NCBI GenBank assembly: GCA_023451265.1 | Contig: JAEYAG010000059.1 | Coordinates: 1,189 to 65,188 of the forward strand | Length of the DNA stretch: 64,000 nt | Source: Actinomycetes bacterium | GTDB lineage: Bacteria > Actinomycetota > Actinomycetes > Actinomycetales > Microbacteriaceae | Direction: 5' to 3' | In this document: positions 1-8,821 of the stretch, piece by piece | Position numbering within the stretch: position 1 is the first letter of the stretch | Layout of the letters: the number at the start of each line of letters is the position of its first letter | Translations under genes and position numbers: made by a program | Notes under the pieces: generated by a model | Database searches by the model: none | What the model saw: only the letters and a program-made list of their open reading frames with translations | Told to the model about the DNA's origin: nothing

Positions 1-297
1 GGCCTCCTGCGGAGCGTCCGGCCCCTCATGACCCTTCGCGAAGCCGGGCATGCCGGGGAAGCCGACCTGCAGGTTCTCGATCGGCGCGCGACTGGCGATC
101 GCGACGCCGTTCCACTGGTTCAGACCGTGCGCCTCGACGGTGTAGCCCGCCGCCTCGAACTCGGCGTAGGGGAACTGCTCGGGCTTGCACTTGATCTCCT
201 GCATCGCCAGCACGTCGATGTCCTCGCGCACGGCGAAGTCGACGGTGCGGACGACGCGGGCACGGATCGAGTTGACGTTCCAGGTGGCCACACGCAT
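1..297 (-). CDS. xthA: Exodeoxyribonuclease III family nuclease, N-terminal 99 codons only (gene runs off the left edge)
   Basis: Own translation of minus strand from ATG 297-295 gives MRVATWNVNSIRARVVRTVDFAVREDIDVLAMQEIKCKPEQFPYAEFEAAGY..., the classical ExoIII/AP-endonuclease N-terminus. The frame is open to base 1. It is absent from the ORF track because the window edge truncates it. Confidence 0.8.
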   Translation of the reverse strand, partial: MRVATWNVNSIRARVVRTVDFAVREDIDVLAMQEIKCKPEQFPYAEFEAAGYTVEAHGLNQWNGVAIASRAPIENLQVGFPGMPGFAKGHEGPDAPQEA

Positions 298-304
298 GGC
301 ATCC

Positions 305-310
305 AGCGTA
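305..310 (-). promoter_or_regulatory. -10-like TACGCT, 7 nt before xthA ATG (leaderless-type)
   Basis: Minus strand reads TACGCT GGATGCC ATG. Confidence 0.5.
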
Positions 311-330
311 TTCGCCGCCGCCGACAGCGC

Positions 331-384
331 GCGCCGCTACCCCCGTCCCGCCAGCGGGCGCCGCTACCGCCGTCCCGCCAGCGG
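331..384. repeat. 27-bp direct tandem duplication (2 copies, 1 mismatch)
   Basis: GCGCCGCTACCCCCGTCCCGCCAGCGG followed by GCGCCGCTACCGCCGTCCCGCCAGCGG. The second copy contains the carboxypeptidase stop codon. Confidence 0.9.
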
Positions 385-1716
385 GCCGTTGAGTTCGAGC
401 GGGTGGGTGAGACGCCACCAGTCGTCGGGCATCGCGATGTCGGCGTCGAGTACGAGGTCGGTCGACAGGGTGCGCGGCCCGGCCGTCCACGTGATCGTCC
501 CCACCTTCTCGCCGGCGCGCCCGGTGGTCAGCGGGCTCGTGGTCATCTCGGCGGTGATGGGTGTGTCCGACCACGTCAGCACCGCGGCATCCGCCGCGAC
601 CACCATCTGCGCCTCGGCTCCCCACGGCGTCTCGTAGCTGCCGTACACCTCGCCGCGGCGGGCGAGCGAGACGGCGTGGAAGCCGGAGCGGATGCTCCCC
701 AGCATCCGCTCGACGTCGCTGTTCACGCTGTCGCGGTCCGCGCCGCCGAGCACGGCGCCCGTGATCGTCAGCGGTGCGTCGATGCCGACGTCGAGCAGTG
801 ACGAGAACAGCAGGTTCGACCCCTCGAGCGTCCCGGTCTTGATGCCGCGGACCCCGTCGGTGCCGAGCAGTGAGTTCGTGTTGCTGCCGGTGAAGCCAGG
901 CACGTCGAGCGTGCTCATCCCGACGATCCCGGCGATCGTCTCGTTGCTCATCGCGATGGTGCCGAGCGTGATGAGGTCGCGCGCCGTGGCGGTGTTGCGG
1001 GCGTCGAGGCCGGTCGGCTCGACCACGGTGATGCCCGCCAGTCCGTTGCGCTCCAGCCAGGCGTCGGTCGCGCGCAGGAACGCCCCGCGCGCGCCGTACG
1101 CCCACGTCGAGACGGCGTCGGCGTAGTTGCTCGCCGAGATCACGAGCATGAGCTCCAGCGCGTCGCGCAGGCTCATCGTGCTGCCGGTCGGCATGGCGGC
1201 GATCGTCGCGCCCTGCACGTAGTACTGGTCGTACAGCGCGTGGTCGGCCTTGCTGAAAGTCAGGACGGGTCCGGGGTCGTCGGGGCCGGACAGCGGGTGC
1301 GCGTCGAGCACGACGAGGGCGGTCACGAGTTTCGTGATGCTCGCCATCGGGAGGGGACCCGGGGCGCCGGATGCCGCGGCGAGCCCGTCGGTGCCGAGGA
1401 ACTCCGCCCCGCCGGTGACCTGCACCGCCGATGCGCCCGCGGGCATCGCCAGGGCCACCGGGGCGCCCGCCGCCGGCTGCGGCGTGCGCGTCACTGCGGC
1501 GGGGAGGGCGACCGGGGTGGTCAGGGCGTACGCGGCGTACCCTCCCGCCAGACCCATCAGCACGAGCGCGACGACCGCGGTCGTGATCGCCGTCCGCAGC
1601 CGGCGACGGCGACGGCGTGCCCGCTCGGCGGGATCGATGACCGGCGCCGGGGCGTCGGCATCCGCGGTGTCGAGGAGATCGGCGAACGACGTCAGCTCGT
1701 CGTCGTGCGTCTCCAT
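364..1716 (-). CDS. D-alanyl-D-alanine carboxypeptidase (S11 low-molecular-weight PBP) with N-terminal membrane anchor
   Basis: ORF 364..1827. SxxK (SITK), SxN (SASN) and KTG (KTGT) occur in the expected order. An Arg-rich stretch plus a hydrophobic helix sits near the N-terminus. Start moved to ATG 1716 (METHDDEL, GAGGA 8 nt upstream) because the longer ORF would overlap pntB; the start is uncertain. Confidence 0.8.
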   Translation of the reverse strand: METHDDELTSFADLLDTADADAPAPVIDPAERARRRRRRLRTAITTAVVALVLMGLAGGYAAYALTTPVALPAAVTRTPQPAAGAPVALAMPAGASAVQVTGGAEFLGTDGLAAASGAPGPLPMASITKLVTALVVLDAHPLSGPDDPGPVLTFSKADHALYDQYYVQGATIAAMPTGSTMSLRDALELMLVISASNYADAVSTWAYGARGAFLRATDAWLERNGLAGITVVEPTGLDARNTATARDLITLGTIAMSNETIAGIVGMSTLDVPGFTGSNTNSLLGTDGVRGIKTGTLEGSNLLFSSLLDVGIDAPLTITGAVLGGADRDSVNSDVERMLGSIRSGFHAVSLARRGEVYGSYETPWGAEAQMVVAADAAVLTWSDTPITAEMTTSPLTTGRAGEKVGTITWTAGPRTLSTDLVLDADIAMPDDWWRLTHPLELNGPLAGRR

Positions 1717-1783
1717 GCCTCCGATCCTCGCACGCTCCCGTGCGCGTCCGCGTTGCGCCTGCACCTCGCGCTGTAGAGGCGGG

Positions 1784-3223
1784 CTACAGCGCCCGCAGGA
1801 TGTCCTCGACCCGCTCCTTGGCGTCACCGAACAGCATCTGGGTGTTGTCGCGGAAGAACAGCGGGTTCTGCACGCCCGCGTACCCCGAGGCCATCGACCG
1901 CTTGAACACGACGACGTTCCGCGCCTCCCACACGTGCAGCACCGGCATTCCTGCGATGGGCGAGCCCGGATCCTCCGCGGCAGCGGGGTTGACGGTGTCG
2001 TTCGCGCCGATCACCAGCACGACGTCGGTGTCGGCGAAGTCCTGGTTGATCTCGTCGAGCTCGAGCACGATGTCGTACGGCACTTTCGCCTCGGCCAGCA
2101 GCACGTTCATGTGTCCCGGGAGCCGTCCCGCGACGGGATGGATGCCGAAGCGCACCGTCGCACCGCGCTCGCGCAGCCGTCTCGTGAGATCGGCGACCGG
2201 GTACTGCGCCTGCGCGACGGCCATGCCGTAGCCGGGCGTGATGATGACCGACCGGGCGTCGCGGAGCAGAGCGGACACGGCGCCGGCATCCGTCTCGTGG
2301 ATCTCACCCTGCTCCTCGTCGGCGGTGCGCGGCGCCTCGATGCCGAACCCGCCGGCGATGACCGACAGGAACGACCGGTTCATCGCCTTGCACATGATGT
2401 ACGACAGGTACGCACCGCTCGATCCGACGAGCGCGCCCGTCACGATCAGCAAGTCGTTGTTCAGCAGGAAGCCGGCCGCCGCCGCCGCCCAGCCGGAGTA
2501 GCTGTTGAGCATCGAGACGACGACGGGCATGTCGCCGCCGCCGATGGATGCCACGAGGTGCCATCCCAGCGCCAGCGCGAGCAGGGTGACGACGATCAGC
2601 AGCCAGAGGTCGGGGGTGATGACGTACCAGACCGTCAGCACGACGAACAGGACGAGCGCGCCCACGTTGAGCGCGTTCTTGCCGGGCAGCATGAGCGGCT
2701 TCGAGCTCATGCGCGCGGAGAGCTTGAGGAACGCCACGATCGACCCGGTGAAGGTGACCGCGCCGATGAACACGCCGATGAAGACCTCGGCGTGGTGGAT
2801 GCCGCTGAGTTCCGGGGCGACGCCCTCGGCATACAGGTGGCCGTTCCATCCGACGAGCACGGCCGCGAGGCCCACGAAGGAGTGCAGCAGCGCGATGAGC
2901 TCGGGCATGCCGGTCATCTCGACCACCCGTGCCCGCCACAGGCCGATCGCGCCGCCGACGACGATCGCGACGACGAGCAGGGTGAGGCCGAGGGCAGCGC
3001 CGCCCGTGAGCAGCGTGCCGCTCGCGACGACGAGGATGAGGGTTGCGACGAGCGCGATTGTCATGCCGGCGATGCCGTACACGATGCCCCGGCGGGCGGA
3101 CTCCTGCTTGCTGAGACCGGCGAGGGCGAGGATGAACAGCAGCGCCGCGACGATGTATGCCGCCGTGGCTATGGACTGCGCGAGGATCAGCGCCGTGGGG
3201 TCTCCGATGATCGCGCCGCTCAC
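1784..3223 (-). CDS. pntB: NAD(P) transhydrogenase subunit beta
   Basis: ORF 1784..3670 trimmed to GTG 3223, which overlaps the pntA stop (GTGA). A multi-helix membrane domain is followed by a soluble NADP(H) domain with [10 protein letters not shown] and [12 protein letters not shown] blocks typical of PntB. Confidence 0.9.
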   Translation of the reverse strand: MSGAIIGDPTALILAQSIATAAYIVAALLFILALAGLSKQESARRGIVYGIAGMTIALVATLILVVASGTLLTGGAALGLTLLVVAIVVGGAIGLWRARVVEMTGMPELIALLHSFVGLAAVLVGWNGHLYAEGVAPELSGIHHAEVFIGVFIGAVTFTGSIVAFLKLSARMSSKPLMLPGKNALNVGALVLFVVLTVWYVITPDLWLLIVVTLLALALGWHLVASIGGGDMPVVVSMLNSYSGWAAAAAGFLLNNDLLIVTGALVGSSGAYLSYIMCKAMNRSFLSVIAGGFGIEAPRTADEEQGEIHETDAGAVSALLRDARSVIITPGYGMAVAQAQYPVADLTRRLRERGATVRFGIHPVAGRLPGHMNVLLAEAKVPYDIVLELDEINQDFADTDVVLVIGANDTVNPAAAEDPGSPIAGMPVLHVWEARNVVVFKRSMASGYAGVQNPLFFRDNTQMLFGDAKERVEDILRAL

Positions 3224-4791
3224 TTCTGGTCGCCCTTCTGGAACATGGCGAGCATGCGCCGAGTGACGGCGAAGCCGCCGAAGATGTTGATGGATGCCAG
3301 CAGCACCGCCACCGCGGCGAGCACCTGCACGAGCGGGTTCGGCACGATGATCTGCGACATGGCGCCGACGATGATGATGCCGCTGATCGCGTTGGTGATG
3401 CTCATGAGCGGCGTGTGCAGGGCGTGCGCAACCTTGCCGATGACGTAGAACCCGATCACGACCGAGAGGGTGAGCACGAGGAAGTGCTGCGGCAGCGGCG
3501 CGGGCGCGAACGCGCAGATGAGGAACAGGGCGGCAATGCCGACCCCGGTGAGCACGGACGTCGTCCGGGTCGACAGCCCCTTGCGGGGCGCCGGTGCCGA
3601 TGCGGATGCCGCGGCATCCGGTTCGGGGGATGCCGGTGCCGCCGACACCTGCACCGGCGGGGGCGGCCACGTGACCTCGCCGGTCCGCACGACGGTGACG
3701 GCGCGCTGGACGACGTCGGTCTCGTCGATGACGAGGGCGCCGTCTTTCCCGGGCGTCAGGAGCGTCAGCAGGTTCAGCAGGTTCGTGCCGTAGAGCTGGG
3801 AGGCCTGCTGCGGGAGGCGACCGGCGAGGTCGGTGTACCCGAGGATCGTGACGCCGTTGGCCGTGACGACCTTCTCGCCGGCGACCGACCCCTCGACGTT
3901 GCCGCCCTGACCGTCGGCTCCGAGGCCTGCGGCCATATCGACGATGACGCTGCCCGGCGTCATGGCGGCGACGTCGGCGGCGGTGATCAGGCGCGGCGCG
4001 GGCCGGCCCGGGATGAGCGCCGTCGTGATGACGATGTCGACGTCGGCGGCCTGGTCGCGGTACAGCTGCGCGGCCGCGGCGTCGTACGCGGCGCTCGTGG
4101 CCTTCGCGTACCCGTCTGAGGAGACCTCCTTGGCCTCGTCGGGCACGACGACCGGCAGGTAGGTTCCGCCGATCGAGGCGACCTGGTCGGCGACCTCGGG
4201 GCGCGGATCGGTCGCGCGGACGATCGCGCCGAGCGACGATGCCGCGCCGATCGCCGCGAGCCCCGCGACGCCCGCGCCCGCGACGAGCACCTTCGCCGGC
4301 GGCACCTTGCCGGCCGCCGTGACCTGCCCGGTGAAGAACCGGCCGAACGCGTTCGCTGCCTCGACGACGGCGCGGTAGCCGGCGATGTTGGCCATCGAGG
4401 AGAGGACGTCCATCGACTGGGCGCGCGAGATGCGCGGCACGGCGTCGAGCGCGAGCGCCGTCACGCCGCGCGCCGCAAGCGCGTCGAGCAGGTCGGGACG
4501 CAGGGCCGGGCTCAGCAGACCCACGAGCGTCGCGCCGGGCTGCAGGAGCGCGATCTCGTCGGCGGTGGGCACGGCCACTTTCAGCACGATGTCCGAGGCC
4601 CAGGCCGTGTCCCGGTCGGCGATGGTCGCGCCGGCGGCGATGTACTCGGCATCCGGGAACGACGAGCGCTCGCCGGCGCCGGCCTGCACGACGACCTCGT
4701 AGCCGAGTCCGCCGATGCGGCCCACCGTGGTCGGCGACGCGGCTACGCGTGTCTCGCCGGGCAACTCGGTGACGATGCCGATGCGGGCCAT
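3220..4791 (-). CDS. pntA: NAD(P) transhydrogenase subunit alpha (fused PntAA+PntAB)
   Basis: ORF 3220..5037 trimmed to ATG 4791 ([26 protein letters not shown] upstream). It has an alanine-dehydrogenase/PNT N-domain, a [13 protein letters not shown] dinucleotide fold and C-terminal TM helices. Confidence 0.9.
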   Translation of the reverse strand: MARIGIVTELPGETRVAASPTTVGRIGGLGYEVVVQAGAGERSSFPDAEYIAAGATIADRDTAWASDIVLKVAVPTADEIALLQPGATLVGLLSPALRPDLLDALAARGVTALALDAVPRISRAQSMDVLSSMANIAGYRAVVEAANAFGRFFTGQVTAAGKVPPAKVLVAGAGVAGLAAIGAASSLGAIVRATDPRPEVADQVASIGGTYLPVVVPDEAKEVSSDGYAKATSAAYDAAAAQLYRDQAADVDIVITTALIPGRPAPRLITAADVAAMTPGSVIVDMAAGLGADGQGGNVEGSVAGEKVVTANGVTILGYTDLAGRLPQQASQLYGTNLLNLLTLLTPGKDGALVIDETDVVQRAVTVVRTGEVTWPPPPVQVSAAPASPEPDAAASASAPAPRKGLSTRTTSVLTGVGIAALFLICAFAPAPLPQHFLVLTLSVVIGFYVIGKVAHALHTPLMSITNAISGIIIVGAMSQIIVPNPLVQVLAAVAVLLASINIFGGFAVTRRMLAMFQKGDQK

Positions 4792-4917
4792 GGTGCTCCT
4801 CGGTTCGCGGCGGGCGACGGATGCCGCGGCTCGGGCGCCGGCGACGTTCCCGACTCTAGGGCCACACCGTGCGCGTCGGCGGCGGACGGCGCGTGAAAAA
4901 CGGCGACGGGGCGTCCG

Positions 4918-4923
4918 TAGACT
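4918..4923 (+). promoter_or_regulatory. -10-like TAGACT, 7 nt before pyrE ATG
   Basis: TAGACT GCTGGGC ATG. Confidence 0.5.
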
Positions 4924-4930
4924 GCTGGGC

Positions 4931-5506
4931 ATGACCGTCGCCTCCACGCCCGAGCTCGAAGCACAGCGCCAGGACCTCATCGCCCTGATCGGCGAGGAGG
5001 CGGTGTTCCACGGCGATTTCACGCTGTCCAGCGGCAAGAAGGCGACGTACTACGTCGACATGCGCAAGCTCACCCTCGACCACCGCGCGGCCCCCGCGAT
5101 CGGCCGGCTCGTGCTCGATCTCGTGCGGGACCTCGAGGTCGACGCCGTCGGGGGTCTCACCCTCGGCGCCGACCCGATCGCGAACGCCGTGCTGCACGCG
5201 TCGGTCGCCGCCGGCACCCCCGTCGACGCGTTCGTCGTGCGCAAGGAGCCGAAGGACCACGGCCGCGGGCGTCAGATCGAGGGTGCCGAGGTCGCCGGCA
5301 AGCGCGTCGTGATCGTCGAAGACACCTCGACCACCGGCGGCTCGCCGCTGAAGGCGGCTACCGTCGTCCGCGACGCCGGTGCCGACGTCGTCGCCGTCGT
5401 GACGGTCGTCGACCGCAAGACCGGCGCGCAGGCCGCCGTCGAGGACGCCGGCTTCACCTGGCGCTCGGTCATCGACCTCGACGACCTGGGGCTCGCCGCG
5501 CAGTAG
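4931..5506 (+). CDS. pyrE: Orotate phosphoribosyltransferase
   Basis: ORF 4715..5506 trimmed to ATG 4931. Sequence reads [21 protein letters not shown], with the PRPP loop [19 protein letters not shown] lies 7 nt upstream of the ATG. Confidence 0.9.
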   Translation: MTVASTPELEAQRQDLIALIGEEAVFHGDFTLSSGKKATYYVDMRKLTLDHRAAPAIGRLVLDLVRDLEVDAVGGLTLGADPIANAVLHASVAAGTPVDAFVVRKEPKDHGRGRQIEGAEVAGKRVVIVEDTSTTGGSPLKAATVVRDAGADVVAVVTVVDRKTGAQAAVEDAGFTWRSVIDLDDLGLAAQ

Positions 5507-5561
5507 GCCTGCCCTCGGGCGCCGGGCGGGCGGATGCTGGCCGGGCGGATGCCGGGCGAGC

Positions 5562-5741
5562 TCAGCGGAAGACGGGCAGCTGCGATGCCAGAGCCAGGAC
5601 GAGCCCGACGACCGTGAGCAGCGCGATCCCGCGGCCGTTGGGCAGCGGCGTGCCCTGCGGGGCATCCCTGCGCCCGCGGAGGAAGAGCAGGAGCGCCGCG
5701 ATGAGCAGCGCGAGAGCCGTGATGACGAGGAAGAGCGCCAT
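5562..5741 (-). CDS. Small two-helix membrane protein (59 aa), hypothetical
   Basis: Own translation: MALFLVITALALLIAALLLFLRGRRDAPQGTPLPNGRGIALLTVVGLVLALASQLPVFR. It falls just below the ORF-track size cutoff. Third codon positions are almost all G/C. Its ATG overlaps the stop of the preceding mini-ORF (ATGA). Confidence 0.4.
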   Translation of the reverse strand: MALFLVITALALLIAALLLFLRGRRDAPQGTPLPNGRGIALLTVVGLVLALASQLPVFR

Positions 5742-5857
5742 CAGCGGTCCTTCCGGCGACCGCGCCCGCGGACGTACTGCACGACCACGACGACCAGCGT
5801 CGTCAGGATCATGAGCGCGGACGTCACCAGGAGCAGCGTCTGCTCGAAGGGGTTCAC
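5741..5857 (-). CDS. Small single-helix membrane protein (38 aa), hypothetical
   Basis: Own translation: VNPFEQTLLLVTSALMILTTLVVVVVQYVRGRGRRKDR. The GTG overlaps the HAD gene stop (GTGA). G/C-rich third positions. It is the tail of shadow ORF 5741..8176. Confidence 0.35.
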   Translation of the reverse strand: MNPFEQTLLLVTSALMILTTLVVVVVQYVRGRGRRKDR

Positions 5858-6663
5858 AGGCCCTCCGGCATCTCCGACTCGACGGGCTCGGCGGTCACGA
5901 GGTCGGCGACCGAGTCGAGGATCTCGTCGGGGCGGAACGGATACCGCTCGATCTCGGCGTCGTCGGAGATTCCGGTGCGCACCAGGATCGTGTGCAGACC
6001 CGCTTCGATGCCCGCCACGACGTCGGTGTCCATGCGGTCGCCGATCATGCCGGTGTTCTCCGAGTGCGCGCCGATCCGGTTCATCGCGGAGCGGAACATC
6101 ATCGGGTTGGGCTTGCCCACGACGTACGGCGCCTTGCCGGTCGCGTGGGTGATGAGCGCCGCGAACGACCCGGTCGCCGGGACGATTCCCGAGGGCGTCG
6201 GGCCCGTGGCATCCGGGTTCGTGATGATGAACCGCGCACCGGCGTTGATGAAGCGGATCGCCTGGGTGATCCGGTCGAACGAGTAGTTGCGCGTCTCGCC
6301 GATGACGACGTAGTCCGGCTGGGTCTCGGTCATGACGTATCCGGCCTCGTGCAGCGCCGTCGTCAGTCCCGCCTCGCCGATGACGAACGCCGTGCCGCCG
6401 GGATGCTGGGAGCGCAGGAACTCCGCCGTCGCGAGCGCCGAGGTCCAGATGCGGTCCTCCGGCACCTCGAGACCCGAGATCCGCAGCCGGGCACTCAGGT
6501 CCCGCGGCGTGTAGAAGGGGTTGTTCGTCAGCACGAGGAACGGAATCCCGGCATCCCGCCACTGCGCGAGCAGGTCGGCGGCCCCCGGGATGGGCTTGTT
6601 CTCGTGGACGAGAACGCCGTCCATGTCCGTGAGCCAGCACTCGATATCGGCGCGTGTCCGCAT
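5854..6663 (-). CDS. HAD-superfamily subfamily IIA hydrolase (NagD-like phosphatase)
   Basis: ORF 5854..6663. DMDGVL nucleophile motif near the N-terminus, a LTNN block and a C-terminal GDRMDTDV motif. Confidence 0.85.
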   Translation of the reverse strand: MRTRADIECWLTDMDGVLVHENKPIPGAADLLAQWRDAGIPFLVLTNNPFYTPRDLSARLRISGLEVPEDRIWTSALATAEFLRSQHPGGTAFVIGEAGLTTALHEAGYVMTETQPDYVVIGETRNYSFDRITQAIRFINAGARFIITNPDATGPTPSGIVPATGSFAALITHATGKAPYVVGKPNPMMFRSAMNRIGAHSENTGMIGDRMDTDVVAGIEAGLHTILVRTGISDDAEIERYPFRPDEILDSVADLVTAEPVESEMPEGL

Positions 6664-6669
6664 GCGGCC

Positions 6670-6675
6670 AGCCTA
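6670..6675 (-). promoter_or_regulatory. -10-like TAGGCT, 6 nt before HAD-IIA ATG
   Basis: Minus strand reads TAGGCT GGCCGC ATG. Confidence 0.5.
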
Positions 6676-6711
6676 TCGGGGAGTCGCCAGCCGAACGGGC
6701 GCTCGCGGCCC

Positions 6712-6717
6712 TAGTGT
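6712..6717 (+). promoter_or_regulatory. -10-like TAGTGT, 7 nt before SDR GTG 6725
   Basis: TAGTGT CGAGCAT GTG. Confidence 0.45.
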
Positions 6718-6724
6718 CGAGCAT

Positions 6725-7687
6725 GTGGCACGCGACGACTGGGACCCCGAGCGCCTGCCCGACCTGAGCGGTCGGCGCTACCTCGTCACAGGATCCACAG
6801 CGGGCCTCGGGTTCTTCTCCTCGCTGCAGCTGGCCGGCGCCGGTGCGCACGTCATCATGACGGGGCGCAACCCCAACCGGCTGGCCGCCGCGCGTGCGGC
6901 GGTGCTGCGGAACGCGAAGGATGCCGACATCACGACGCTGCTGCTGGACACGAGCAACCTGGGCTCGGTGCGTGCCGCCGCCGCGACGGTCCGCGGGCGG
7001 GCGGGGCTGCACGGGCTGCTGCTGAACGCCGGCATCGTCCACCCGCCGCGGCACCGGCAGACCACCGCCGACGGGCACGAGATCGTGTTCGCGACGAACG
7101 CGCTCGGTCACTACGCCCTCGCCGGCGAGCTGCTGCTGCCGCTCGCGGCGGGCCGCGGCCGCATGGTGTGGGTGGGATCGATGTCGACCTCGATGTGGGC
7201 GTACGACCCGATCGACCCGGAGCTCGAGAACGGCTACACGCCCTGGCGCGCGTACGTGCAGTCGAAGGTGGCCACGACGGCGCTCGGCTTCGAGGCCGAC
7301 CGTCGGCTGCGCGCCGCGAGCGTGCCGATCGCGAGCCTCGTCGCCCACCCGGGCTACTCGATCAGCGGCCGCACCCGCGGCATCCTCGGCGTCAACGAGC
7401 CCTCGCGTCTCAAGCGCTTCGGCGACAACCTGCAGGCCCCGATCACGCAGTCCAAGGAGCGCGGGGCGTGGCCGCTCGTGCGCGCCCTCGTCGACCCGGA
7501 TGCCGACGGCGGGCAGTTCTGGGGGCCGTCGCGCGTCGTCAGCGGCGCACCGAAGCTGGCAACGGCGGGTCGCATCACCCGCGACGAGGAGATCGCGGCG
7601 CGGCTGTGGAACTACTGCGAGCACGCGGTCGGGGCGCCATGGCCGTACCTGAAGGCGGCGAAGACCCGCCGCGCCCGCCGGCCATGA
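6725..7687 (+). CDS. Classical SDR family oxidoreductase (retinol-dehydrogenase-like)
   Basis: ORF 6521..7687 trimmed to in-frame GTG 6725, preceded by TAGTGT-N7. LVTGSTAGLGF (TGxxxGxG) and YVQSK (YxxxK). Confidence 0.8.
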   Translation: MARDDWDPERLPDLSGRRYLVTGSTAGLGFFSSLQLAGAGAHVIMTGRNPNRLAAARAAVLRNAKDADITTLLLDTSNLGSVRAAAATVRGRAGLHGLLLNAGIVHPPRHRQTTADGHEIVFATNALGHYALAGELLLPLAAGRGRMVWVGSMSTSMWAYDPIDPELENGYTPWRAYVQSKVATTALGFEADRRLRAASVPIASLVAHPGYSISGRTRGILGVNEPSRLKRFGDNLQAPITQSKERGAWPLVRALVDPDADGGQFWGPSRVVSGAPKLATAGRITRDEEIAARLWNYCEHAVGAPWPYLKAAKTRRARRP

Positions 7688-7963
7688 GTGCGGCGCCGGG
7701 CGCGCCGCGGTCATGGCAGCGGCTGCGGGTATGCGATCGCGTTCGCGCTCGGAGCGGCGGTGCCGTTGCTGATCACGTGGCTCGCGCCGGTCGCGATCGA
7801 GACGACGGCGATCGTCTTGGCCGTCGTGCTCTCCCTGGTGCTGACGTCGCTGGTCGCCGCGCGGGCGGGACACCTCATGCTGCGGCGTGTGCTCGTGCGG
7901 ACGCTCGTCGTGGGCCTCGGCACGATGGGGGTCAGCTACGTCGCCGGGCTCGCGTTCTTCTGA
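7688..7963 (+). pseudogene. VIT1/CCC1 (vacuolar iron transporter-like) family, C-terminal two-helix remnant only
   Basis: ORF 7688..7963. YAIAFALGAAVPLL...LVAARAGH...VGLGTMGVSYVAGLAFF matches only the last ~80 residues of VIT-family proteins. No room for the N-terminal part and no SD. It begins the codon after the SDR stop, in the same frame. Confidence 0.45.
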
Positions 7964-8016
7964 CCCCTCGCGGGCTCGCGCTCTTCTGACCTGGCCGGGG
8001 TCGCGTTCTGCGGACC
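7946..8016. repeat. About 26-bp tandem repeat, 3 degenerate copies; the first is the 3' end and stop of the VIT remnant
   Basis: GGGCTCGCGTTCTTCTGACC, GGGCTCGCGCTCTTCTGACC, GGGGTCGCGTTCTGCGGACC. Confidence 0.8.
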
Positions 8017-8021
8017 TCCCC

Positions 8022-8083
8022 GAAGAGAAGGGGGCGCAAACGGCGGCCTCCCAAAGGAAAAGGGGGCGCGAGCGGCGGCCTCC
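8022..8083. repeat. About 31-bp tandem repeat, 2 copies
   Basis: GAAGAGAAGGGGGCGCAAACGGCGGCCTCC followed by CAAAGGAAAAGGGGGCGCGAGCGGCGGCCTCC. Confidence 0.75.
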
Positions 8084-8153
8084 GCGAGGCCGAGGTGGTC
8101 GATTGCGCCACCTGTTCCGTCCGCCGACGAGGGCGGGGGATGCCGCGGGGTGC

Positions 8154-8798
8154 TCAGACGGTGAGCCACACGGCATCGGCGGCGCCGGCGGGAAGCTCCA
8201 CCGTCGCGCCGCCGTCGACGCGCACGGCGTCGCGCCCCGCGACGACCAGGGTGTGGCCGACGTCGATGCCGTGCCCCTCGAGCGCGCGCAGCAGGGCCGG
8301 GTCGCGGTCGCTCACGCGCAGCACCTGCCCGCTGTGACCGATGTGCGCTGCCGCCAGGCGCACGAACGGGGCGCGGTCGACGGCGCCCTCGGCATCCGGG
8401 ATCGCGTCGCCGTGCGGATCGAACCGGGGGTGGCCCAGCCGCGCGTCGATCCCCGCCAGCAGGCGGTCGCTGATCGTGTGCTCGAGAACTTCGGCCTCGT
8501 CGTGCACCTCGTCCCAGGCGTAGCCGAACTCCCGCACGAGCCACGTCTCGATGAGCCGATGGCGTCGAATGATGGATGCCGCGCGCAGCCGTCCGGCCTC
8601 GGTCAGCGAGACCGGCCCGTACGGGCGGTGCGACACGAGGCCCTGCGCGGCGAGCTTCTGCACCATCTCGGTCACCGTCGAGGGCGCGAGCGAGAGCTCC
8701 CCGGCGAGCCGCGACGGGGTGATCGGGTCGTTCTGCCACTCGGTGTGGTGGTAGATCGTCTTCAGGTAGTCGTCGATCGCGACGGAGTTTCCGGCCAC
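8154..8798 (-). CDS. mntR: DtxR/MntR family metal-dependent transcriptional regulator with C-terminal FeoA/SH3-like domain
   Basis: ORF 8154..10031 trimmed to GTG 8798 (VAGNSVAIDDYLKTIYHH...). Winged HTH, a metal-site region (RRHRLIETWL...HDEAEVLEH) and a C-terminal SH3-like domain. It lies 23 bp downstream of mntH; the symbol is inferred from that context. Confidence 0.8.
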   Translation of the reverse strand: MAGNSVAIDDYLKTIYHHTEWQNDPITPSRLAGELSLAPSTVTEMVQKLAAQGLVSHRPYGPVSLTEAGRLRAASIIRRHRLIETWLVREFGYAWDEVHDEAEVLEHTISDRLLAGIDARLGHPRFDPHGDAIPDAEGAVDRAPFVRLAAAHIGHSGQVLRVSDRDPALLRALEGHGIDVGHTLVVAGRDAVRVDGGATVELPAGAADAVWLTV

Positions 8799-8821
8799 GG
8801 TGTCAGGGTATCCGGCGCGGG

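Noticed and set aside
5741-8176. Very long ORFs in the six-frame track. Examples are 5741..8176 (811 aa), 14258..16687 (809 aa), 17136..20684 (1182 aa), 1250..3448, the first 646 codons of 55107..58130, and the upstream two-thirds of 60412..63363.
   Set aside because: They are Arg/Pro/Gly/Ala-rich with no recognisable motifs. They lie antisense or out of frame to genes with clear family signatures. They are the expected stop-poor shadow frames of very GC-rich DNA. Only their terminal segments correspond to real genes: the 38-aa mini-ORF, the surface protein and the racemase.
8154-8798. The DtxR-family regulator as the iron regulator IdeR rather than MntR.
   Set aside because: It cannot be excluded from sequence alone. 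I favour MntR because it is co-transcribed 23 bp behind mntH, and because the nearby palindromes do not resemble the IdeR/DtxR iron box as I recall it. Metal-specific binding assays would settle it.
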